A DNA stretch of 64,000 nt, taken from positions 9,317 through 73,316 of the forward strand of contig JBGCFV010000060.1 in the NCBI GenBank assembly GCA_045107075.1, read 5' to 3'. How positions within the stretch are numbered: position 1 is the first letter of the stretch; every line of letters begins with the position of its first letter. This document shows, piece by piece, positions 58,401-64,000 of this stretch. This stretch comes from Gammaproteobacteria bacterium. GTDB lineage: Bacteria; Pseudomonadota; Gammaproteobacteria; Steroidobacterales; SZUA-146. Under the pieces are notes generated by a model, which saw nothing but the letters and a program-made list of their open reading frames with translations, had not been told where the DNA came from and did not search any database. The position numbers and the translations under genes were made by a program.

Positions 58401-59028
58401 TAGCTATCTCAATGCTCGTGGCAGTGAAGCGGTTGAGGAGCTCCCATTATACAGAGTGGAAGATCAGGGCTATATTCACTATCGCAAGGGCGCTGTCGTC
58501 ATGTATCTATTGCAAGACAGGCTTGGTGAGGACAGGGTTAACGCTATGTTGTCTGCGCTGCTTGATCGTTACAGGTTTAAGAGTCAGCCTTACGCTTCAT
58601 CTACCGATTTAGTTGACGGTTTCAAGAGCCTTGCGAGAGACGACGCCGAGAAACAGCTGGTGATTGATCTGCTCGAAAAAATTACGGTGTACGACCTGAA
58701 AGCGGACAACGCCACGGTACGAGTGTTGGACAACGGTCGTTTCGAGACAACGCTTACCATTGAGACGGCCAAGTTTTATGCCGACGGAGAAGGGAAAGAA
58801 ACGGCTGCCGAGTTGGCAGATTCGATTGAGTTCGGTTTGTTCACCGTAAAGCCGGGGCTTGGCAGTTTCGATAAGGAAAGTGTTATCCGCCTGGAGCGTC
58901 AGTCTGTAACGGGTGGCGAGCAAACGATTCAATTCTTGTCAGATGCCCGACCGGAATACGTTGGTATTGACCCCTACAATAAATATATTGATCGCAACAG
59001 CGACGACAATGTGATTGCAGTGGATTAA
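55447..59028 (+). CDS. fusion: ABC-2-type transporter permease (multiple TM) + M1-family (gluzincin) aminopeptidase-like domain
   Basis: 1193 aa. The N-terminal ~560 aa is polytopic membrane. The C-terminal region holds HEFGHQYWAH, an HExxH with downstream Glu typical of peptidase M1. Confidence 0.75.
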   Translation: MFAKIAAFELRYQLRNPVFWVVSILFFLLTFGSVVSENLSIGSGGNVNANSPAALAEITIILTIFFMFVTTAFVANVIVRDDESGFGPMVRSTRVSKFDYLLGRFTGAFGISAVAFLAVPFAIWLGSLMPWIDPETLGPNRLKHFLYAYFILALPGLFLTSALFFAVATITRSMMASYVGVVLFLVLYLIFSAATEFNPDYLLAGAYLEPFGGAAYSYLTRYWTATESNSMMAPIGGVLLINRLIWLVVSLLALWFAYAKFSFAERGLSKRGLAKQQKQAARLAKVAPAVVDALPDAEGSSSWARLVTRSRHEMRQVFRSPAFFVLILIGLFNAVAALSFAPGLYGTPGYPRTFTVIGVLEGAFTIIPLIIAIFYGGELVWRDRDMKMHEIIDSSSLPNWAFMVPKTLAVVGVLLGTVVISTIGALLVQLAGGYTEFELGKYISWYILPSTVEMFSLAILSVFVQALSPNKYIGWGIMMLYMVAMITFNILGFQHPLYLFGRGIGVPLSDMNGANVGETGAWWLRLYWGAFSIMLATFAHLLWRRGTAVSVKAQFKQLPARISAGAGAVLGAAALVFVSSGLYIYNNINRINPYQNRLFADEQLAEYEKKYLPYESIKQPSFTAITLNIDLYPEQQLMNVEGSAKIVNDTGAPVEVLHVRFEDTVVKVEEVTIPDATLEMNDEEMRYRIYRFDQPMQVGETRDIAFRTSREQRGFKARENDTRLVQNGTFVNNLEFAPSLGMSRNGLLTDRATRRKYDLPAELRWPKLEDESARQQNYVGNIDWVMSDITVTTSADQTPIAPGSRVSDEVIGERRTARFVSKSPILAFFSVQSANYDVVQRSVDGVNMEVYHHPEHDINVDRMLDATETSLDYYKKNFGPYQFGYARIIEFPGYAQFAQAFAGTVPYSERLGFIANLSDEEDIDYVTYVTAHEFGHQYWAHQLISSFQQGGTMLVETMAQYSALMVMKELYGEEKIRRFLKYELDSYLNARGSEAVEELPLYRVEDQGYIHYRKGAVVMYLLQDRLGEDRVNAMLSALLDRYRFKSQPYASSTDLVDGFKSLARDDAEKQLVIDLLEKITVYDLKADNATVRVLDNGRFETTLTIETAKFYADGEGKETAAELADSIEFGLFTVKPGLGSFDKESVIRLERQSVTGGEQTIQFLSDARPEYVGIDPYNKYIDRNSDDNVIAVD

Positions 59029-59041
59029 AGTTTGCTCTTTT

Positions 59042-59581
59042 TTAGTAAGTAAGATTCCCGTTTGAGCGCGTGCCCCAAGGGCACTCCCAAGCTTGGCACA
59101 GTGTGCCAAGTAGAGTTCGTACCCCAAGGGCACTTCCAAGCTTGGCACTGTGTTTTGCCACAGCGCTGGTCAGTTGGTCGATATCGGCGGCCAGGTCATT
59201 GTTGCCGTTAATTGGTTGTACTTCTGACGTGCACATAGGACGCGCATACTCAGGAGTGCCGCCTTCGCTCGCCAGTTTTTCCAGAAAGTCTGGAAACAAT
59301 TTGAGATCTTGTGGCGCGTTGCGGGGGCTGTCTCCGGAAAAACCGGTGTATCTGTCTTTTACGCAGGTGGCGTATGAAATCTTGGATGTTTCACCATCTG
59401 ACACAATGTCTATGCCAGCCTCTACTTGTTTCGCTACGGTGATGTCGACGTTCTTGCGCATGGTCTCGTCGAACTGATTTCGGTCAAACAGCTCGCCGGT
59501 CTCGCGTTTGAAAATGAAGTCAACGACTTCCTGGACACGCGGTAGTGATCCTACGTGAGTGGTAAGAATTTTATTAGCCAT
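59042..59581 (-). pseudogene. truncated cobalamin-independent methionine-synthase-II-like (MetE C-terminal-domain family) gene fragment
   Basis: MANKILTTHVGSLPRVQEV... is a typical N-terminus of ~340-380-aa family members. Only ~150 native residues remain before the frame runs into the REP-like repeats (59070-59152). The gene abuts the stop of the neighbouring gene. Confidence 0.45.
59070..59152. repeat. REP-like tandem palindromic repeat (2 copies of ~34 bp)
   Basis: Copy 1 at 59070-59103 is gtgccccaagggcactcccaagcttggcacagtg. Copy 2 at 59119-59152 is gtaccccaagggcacttccaagcttggcactgtg. Each contains the self-complementary core CCAAGCTTGG and the near-palindrome CTTGGCACAGTGTGCCAAG. Confidence 0.6.
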
Positions 59582-59746
59582 GACATTCCGAAGTAGATTC
59601 AGGGGCAGCACACGGTGCGCGGCCGGTTTCTTATTCTATGGTGAGACAGGCTTTAAAACTACCGAAAGACGGCGAATTGGGGTGTGGTTACGGTTCATTT
59701 AAGTGGCTACTAAACTGCGAAATACACTCTTGATTTACAACTTGGC

Positions 59747-59781
59747 GCAGCCCGTCGAAAACGGTTGTTTCGACGGGCTGC
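59747..59781 (-). terminator. 14-bp perfect stem hairpin just downstream of the HNH gene stop
   Basis: gcagcccgtcgaaa-acggttg-tttcgacgggctgc. Confidence 0.45.
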
Positions 59782-59787
59782 CTGGCA

Positions 59788-60348
59788 CTACGTTCGACGA
59801 TTGTGACCAACGCGAAGCTTTAAATACGCCATCTGATCAGTGAGGATTGTTCTGTTTGCTAGCAGCAACCCTTCAGCGCGATTAGGTGCGTAAGGAATAG
59901 CAAGCAAGGGCATGCCAATCTCACTAATTAAGCGATTATCTTTTCGTTGATTACAAGCGCGACACGCTGACACCACGTTTTCCCAGGTGTCTTTTCCGCC
60001 CCTCGATACGGGTGTGACGTGGTCACGGGTCAACTGTGCACGAGGTAGCTTCTCACCGCAGTAGAGGCATAGGTGCTTGTCTCGCTGAAACAGTCTTGCG
60101 TTAGTAAGCGCGGGAACTTTTTCTCTCTCGTGACCACTTCGATCAATGGCGCGGGTAGCAATAATTGTGTTTAGCTCCAGCTTAGACTGTTGACCCGTAA
60201 GGCGAGAGTTGCCGCCACGCAGAGTGATAGAGTGTTCACCGGCTTCCCACGCGACAAGATCGCGACAGTAAAGCAGGGCGCATTCCTGGCTTGAAATCCA
60301 GTCTACGGGCTGGCCTGCAATATCCAGCCTTAGAATTAAAGGGTCCAT
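59788..60348 (-). CDS. HNH endonuclease
   Basis: CLYCGEKL...DHVTPVSRGGKDTWENVVSACRACNQRK is the HNH motif with Zn-binding Cys pairs. GGAGTG RBS sits 6 nt before ATG 60348. Confidence 0.75.
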   Translation of the reverse strand: MDPLILRLDIAGQPVDWISSQECALLYCRDLVAWEAGEHSITLRGGNSRLTGQQSKLELNTIIATRAIDRSGHEREKVPALTNARLFQRDKHLCLYCGEKLPRAQLTRDHVTPVSRGGKDTWENVVSACRACNQRKDNRLISEIGMPLLAIPYAPNRAEGLLLANRTILTDQMAYLKLRVGHNRRT

Positions 60349-60534
60349 TTTTTTCACTCCGAGTGAATGCGTGGTAACAACTTCAATTGTGTGAAAAGTG
60401 ATTTTAGACCGTTACACGCATTCGAAAAAAACGTATCCGTGGGAGTTATTATTAGCTGTTTTCTTATAGTGATAGACGAGTTGATAACCGGGCGGGTTAA
60501 AAGGGTACCCGCCCGGTTAGCGGGTGCGGCCGAC

Positions 60535-61674
60535 CTACTGCTTCAGTTGAACCAGTCCGTTCAGCACGCCGTCGAGACCCCCGTATACGGAAAGGGAGCC
60601 GACTTTTTCGGTGACCTTTTCAAGAGTCTCCAATTCTTTAAGACGCAAAGCAACCTGATTACTCTCCATGACTTTCGCCGTGTTAAGCAATGAACGGGTT
60701 GCATTGGTCTCTTCACGTCGACGAATGACGTTCGCCTGCGCGATTTTCTCGGCTTCAACCACTTTGCCAAGCATTTCTTTCATGTCACCTGGCAAGATGA
60801 TGTCCTTGACGCCGATGCTTCGTACCTGAATGCCTATTTGGGAAAACGCCTCGCCCAGCCACTCAACGACTACTCTGTCGATTGCTGATTTGTCCTCGAG
60901 TAGTGCATCGAGCGTACGCGTGCCGACGGCAGCGCGTAGACCGAACTGGATTTCCTTGTACAGGTGGTCCAGTGGATCCTTGGCGCTGCGAGTCGCTTTT
61001 AACGCATCCGTGAAACGGAATACCGCAGTAAGATTGATACGAAGATTGACTTTGTCACGTGTCAGTATCTCTTGGCCTGTCACTTCCAGAGTTCTGACTC
61101 GCATGTCAATCAACTCTACGCTCACGTCGTTCTGATAGCGCCAGAAAGCGTGCGTACCAGCGGCCAGAGTTTCCGTTATTACGCCGTCAACGTACAGCAT
61201 GCCTTCGTGCCCATCGGGTACAACGAAAACGCTGACAGCGTCACCGGCACGCTTTACGACGTTGGCGTTTTTGGTGTCGAAAATCTGCCGGGCCATGCGG
61301 TTGTCGATTTTTCCGGAAAGGCTTAAATCGAACCGTTCAACGCGGGTTGTGACCAGGCCTTTCCAGTAAAATCGACGTTCGGATGGACCGAGCAGTTCAC
61401 GAGCCCGTTCGTTATGAAACACCAACGCCGCTTCGTCCTGTCCTGTTTCAACGATGTCGAACATACGACTGAGTTGTTCAGATTCGTTTGTAACGAAGTA
61501 GTCGATCAAGGAGTGAGAAAAGGCTGGTTTGGCCATGTCGAATAGCTCAAACGTGTAGCGTGAACGAGGGTCGAAGAAGCTGTACACCCCAGGCTCGAGA
61601 AACTGTTGATAGTCGCGATCTTTATAGAGGAGACCGCGTTCGTGCTTGCGCACGAGTATTTTTGTGTAGAACAT
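60535..61674 (-). CDS. SPFH/band-7 (stomatin-prohibitin-flotillin) domain protein
   Basis: MFYTKILVRKHERGLLYKDRDYQQ... N-terminus, an SPFH core and a coiled-coil C-terminus. AAAAGGAGAA RBS precedes ATG 61674. The track ORF extends to 61836 without support. Confidence 0.7.
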   Translation of the reverse strand: MFYTKILVRKHERGLLYKDRDYQQFLEPGVYSFFDPRSRYTFELFDMAKPAFSHSLIDYFVTNESEQLSRMFDIVETGQDEAALVFHNERARELLGPSERRFYWKGLVTTRVERFDLSLSGKIDNRMARQIFDTKNANVVKRAGDAVSVFVVPDGHEGMLYVDGVITETLAAGTHAFWRYQNDVSVELIDMRVRTLEVTGQEILTRDKVNLRINLTAVFRFTDALKATRSAKDPLDHLYKEIQFGLRAAVGTRTLDALLEDKSAIDRVVVEWLGEAFSQIGIQVRSIGVKDIILPGDMKEMLGKVVEAEKIAQANVIRRREETNATRSLLNTAKVMESNQVALRLKELETLEKVTEKVGSLSVYGGLDGVLNGLVQLKQ

Positions 61675-62118
61675 TTTACGTTCTCCTTTTACTGATGAGT
61701 CACCATCGTTTGGTGAAAATGAATGAGTTGCTGCGCTATTCGATGAGATTTTCCGAGACTGACATTTAGTACTATGTGCCGTACGTTGTGCTCGAATCTT
61801 GTTTTCTGCTTCTGCTAATTGTTTTAAGCCAGTCATGGATTACCTCCTTTATTTTGGTTAAGAGAGAGGCACTGATTGCCCCGTTTGAAATATGAGTTGC
61901 ACCGGGCCCCGCAAGACAAACGCGGACTCGTGGCGCTGCTCGCTTAACCATTTGACGTACGCATTACCGAGCTATCTCTACAAAACTCGTGAGGCAGCTG
62001 GGTGCAGAGTAGGTCAAGAATCAAAAGAGCAGTCGGGTCACTTGCCGGAGAGAGCGTTGCTGCCGTGGTGAGGCAAACGGAAACTGAGTTTGCGTAACCC
62101 TGGCTGGGACCAGGTGCG

Positions 62119-62195
62119 TTGGAGGCGAAACCTTCGCCGGGAACGGATTCGAACCGTAAGTCGTTAGACTCTAACCAGGTTGCCGTGTGAGGGCT
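62119..62195 (-). ncRNA. tRNA-like module (D-loop-like TGGTTAGAG + T-arm ACGGTTCGAATCCGT) that does not fold into a complete cloverleaf; candidate Y-RNA-like/tRNA-derived ncRNA
   Basis: The minus-strand sequence is ...CTGGTTAGAGTCTAACGACTTACGGTTCGAATCCGTTCCCGGCGAAGGTTTCGCC. It has no matching 5' acceptor strand, no CCA and no anticodon arm. Confidence 0.3.
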
Positions 62196-62270
62196 TGGAT
62201 AGGAATATCGGATTTGAACCGATCTACTTCAGATTAATATCCTGATGCTCAACCGCTGAGCTAATTCCTG
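62196..62270 (-). tRNA. atypical tRNA (75 nt, CCA encoded) with anticodon loop AUAUUAA (nominal anticodon AUU) and a C1*A72 acceptor mismatch; possibly pseudo/mobile-element tRNA
   Basis: Hand-folded cloverleaf: acceptor CAGGAAT/ATTCCTA, U8 A9, D-stem GCTC/GAGC with GG in the loop, AC stem TCAGG/TCTGA, T-arm ATCGG-TTCAAAT-CCGAT, discriminator U, CCA. Confidence 0.45.
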
Positions 62271-62376
62271 CTGAATGGGAGCCCCTTTGTCGGTACACAC
62301 CTTGCAATTAAGCTTAAGTGCGCCAGGCAGGATTCAAAGAACCTGCTCCACTGACATAAGTGGCAATCCCGATCAT

Positions 62377-62451
62377 TGGTTGTCCGAGATGGAGTTGAAC
62401 CATCAACCGATGCCTTATGAGGACACTGCTCTGCCTTTGAGCTATCGGACA
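62377..62451 (-). tRNA. tRNA with CAU anticodon (Met/Ile2-type), atypical AT-rich acceptor stem (U1-A72)
   Basis: Hand-folded: acceptor TGTCCGA/TCGGACA, U8 A9, D-arm GCTC-AAAGGCA-GAGC, AC stem GTGTC/GGCAT (two G*U pairs), loop CUCAUAA, variable CGGTT, T-arm GATGG-TTCAACT-CCATC, discriminator A, CCA. Confidence 0.65.
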
Positions 62452-62671
62452 TGTGTTGGCAAGAGTATGAAGCCAGTCGTCAATCAGACAACATTGTTGG
62501 GTCATACACTTGGTTAAAATAATGGTCCGCCCTGAAAGAGTTGAACTTTCGTCTACGGCTTAAGAGGCCGCTGCACCACCGCTATGCCAAGGACGGGAAA
62601 TGCCGGGCAAAGGGGGAGGATGCCCGGACTTTTTGGCTGTGGGCAGATGAGGAGATCTGCCAAGGTCAGCC

Positions 62672-63868
62672 CTAACCTTTTACGCACAGAATTTGTTTCA
62701 GTGTATGTACCACGTCAACAAGTTCTGATTGTGCGGCCATTACGGCGTCAATGTCTTTGTAGGCCGCAGGTGATTCATCGATCACACCTTTGTCCTTGCG
62801 ACACTCAACGCCTTTGGTCGCCTTAACGTGCTGCTCAACGCTAATGACCGATTTGGCCTTACTACGTGACATGACTCGACCGGCGCCGTGCGAGCAAGAG
62901 TTGAACGATTGCTCGTTGCCCTTACCGCGAACGATAAAGCTACGGGCACCCATTGAGCCCGGGATAATTCCGAGCTCACCCTCTTTGGCCGAAACGGCGC
63001 CTTTACGAGTTAGCCAAACATCTTCGTCAAAGTGATGTTCTTTTTGCACGTAGTTGTGATGGCAGTTAATCGCCTCACGGGTCGGTTTGAAAGCTGGCAA
63101 CAACGGCATCATCGCCTTCAGTACCAGTCGCATCATCTCGCGCCGATTGACCATCGCGTAATCCTGCGCCCAGCTCACTGCTTCGATGTAATCATCAAAA
63201 TGCTGCGAGCCTTCCTCAAAATACGCCAGATCCTTATCCGGCAAACGACCGAGCATATTGCCCATGTCCTTCTTGGCTTTGGTGATAAAATAACGGCCAA
63301 TGGCATTACCAATCCCGCGACTGCCGGAATGCAGCATCACCCAAACGTCATCATTTTCATCCAGACATAGCTCGATAAAATGGTTTCCGCCGCCCAGCGT
63401 GCCAAGCTGACGACCCCACACACGGTGGAAGTCGCGCATCATCTTGATCAGGCCGGGATGCTTATCGGTAATGGGCTGCAGGTGGTAATCCATCTGTTTT
63501 AACGTGGCGGCCTGAATGGCTTCGCGTTTATGCCACTCAAAACCCACCGGTACTTTGGCCTCAATCGCTGAGCGCAGGCGCAGCAAGGTATCCGGTAAAT
63601 CATGAGCTTTCAGCGATAAACGCACGGCATTCATACCGCAGCCAATATCGACACCTACTGCTGCCGGAATAATCGCCCCCTTACTGGGGATGACTGAACC
63701 GACGGTGGCACCGATACCGGCGTGTACATCGGGCATCGCCGCGATGTGACTGTGAATAAATGGCATCTGCGACAAATTACCCAACTGATCCAGCGAAGCG
63801 CTGTCTACGTCAGTGGTGTAAATCTTTACAGGCACCCTGCCTTTGTTTAATTGAAATTGAACAGGCAT
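62672..63868 (-). CDS. rtcB: RNA 3'-phosphate/2',3'-cyclic-phosphate RNA ligase RtcB
   Basis: 398 aa with RtcB metal-binding His/Cys pattern and the active-site motif SCSHGAGRVMSR. AAGAGG RBS. Confidence 0.9.
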   Translation of the reverse strand: MPVQFQLNKGRVPVKIYTTDVDSASLDQLGNLSQMPFIHSHIAAMPDVHAGIGATVGSVIPSKGAIIPAAVGVDIGCGMNAVRLSLKAHDLPDTLLRLRSAIEAKVPVGFEWHKREAIQAATLKQMDYHLQPITDKHPGLIKMMRDFHRVWGRQLGTLGGGNHFIELCLDENDDVWVMLHSGSRGIGNAIGRYFITKAKKDMGNMLGRLPDKDLAYFEEGSQHFDDYIEAVSWAQDYAMVNRREMMRLVLKAMMPLLPAFKPTREAINCHHNYVQKEHHFDEDVWLTRKGAVSAKEGELGIIPGSMGARSFIVRGKGNEQSFNSCSHGAGRVMSRSKAKSVISVEQHVKATKGVECRKDKGVIDESPAAYKDIDAVMAAQSELVDVVHTLKQILCVKG

Positions 63869-63909
63869 TTTCCTAACCTCTTTCTTATATTTTTTCCGAG
63901 GCTACAACG

Positions 63910-63946
63910 AAAAAACCCCGGAGACTGTCGTCATCCGGGGTTTTCT
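63910..63946. terminator. bidirectional rho-independent terminator-like hairpin flanked by A and T tracts
   Basis: aaaaaa-ccccgga-gactgtcgtca-tccgggg-ttttct lies upstream of the rtcB start. It probably terminates a minus-strand gene beyond the window end. Confidence 0.5.
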
Positions 63947-64000
63947 ACATACGGCAATTATGCTGTATTTTCTGACCAGACGACGTTCTTCCGTCCCCTG

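Noticed and set aside
59090-59160. Sigma-54 promoter-like TGGCAC...TTGC strings in the REP-like repeats
   Set aside because: GG-to-GC spacing is 11 instead of the invariant 10. The strings are embedded in palindromic repeats and would drive antisense transcription into a gene remnant.
61837-62195. Calling the tRNA-like element a tmRNA (ssrA)
   Set aside because: I could not identify a tag reading frame ending in ALAA-type residues with a stop, nor a matching 5' acceptor/3' acceptor pair with CCA. Only generic tRNA-like motifs are present. It is left as an unresolved ncRNA candidate.
62119-62195. Folding the element as a third complete tRNA
   Set aside because: No 5' acceptor strand is complementary to TCCCGGC, there is no CCA, and the space before the next tRNA is too short for an anticodon arm plus D-arm.
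1-64000. CRISPR arrays, insertion sequences, integrases, prophage structural genes
   Set aside because: No direct-repeat/spacer arrays and no transposase or integrase-like ORFs were seen. The only repeat families are the REP-like pair at 59.1 kb and the four operator-like palindromes.

Overview
This 64-kb window looks like a chromosomal segment from a proteobacterium, possibly a marine gammaproteobacterium; that taxonomic placement is inference from gene content only. I called about 50 protein-coding genes plus RNA, repeat and regulatory elements.

Contents in order:
- 1..8.3 kb: a partial ATP-grasp gene; a secreted aspartate-rich Ca-binding repeat protein; an M48 metallopeptidase; single-chain pyruvate carboxylase; a PlsC-type acyltransferase.
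- 8.4..11.7 kb: MaoC-like dehydratase, GST-like protein, acetyl-CoA hydrolase/transferase, TetR regulator.
- 11.8..29 kb: a dense catabolic island. It holds three paralogous alpha-only Rieske oxygenases, a Rieske ferredoxin, an acoABC-like E1alpha/E1beta/E2 set, three SDRs, two ABM monooxygenases, an acyl-CoA synthetase, an acyl-CoA dehydrogenase, an HMG-CoA-synthase-like::DUF35 fusion with an SCP-x-type thiolase, and a VOC protein.
- 29..37.6 kb: a ThuA-like protein, a cytochrome-c/PQQ-like beta-propeller lipoprotein, a TonB-dependent receptor and a PHP/DUF3604-like protein.
- 38.9..50.3 kb: a complete glycogen operon, malQ-glgC-glgA-glgB-glgP-glgX.
- 50.7..59 kb: the conserved triad of Zn-protease(DUF785), 7TM-transglutaminase-like and RimK-like ATP-grasp genes; then an ABC ATPase followed by a very large ABC-2 permease::M1 aminopeptidase fusion.
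- 59..64 kb: a MetE-like gene remnant interrupted by REP-like tandem palindromes; an HNH endonuclease; an SPFH/band-7 protein; a tRNA-like ncRNA module; two atypical tRNAs; RtcB RNA ligase.

The most interesting signals:
1. An 18-bp palindrome, AAACAGTC-NN-GACTGTTT, occurs four times in promoter regions of the catabolic island. It is a candidate operator of a so-far uncharacterised regulon.
2. The island itself combines three alpha-only Rieske oxygenases, E1/E2 and beta-oxidation-like genes, for an unknown substrate.
3. A tRNA-like module and odd tRNAs lie between the SPFH/HNH pair and rtcB.
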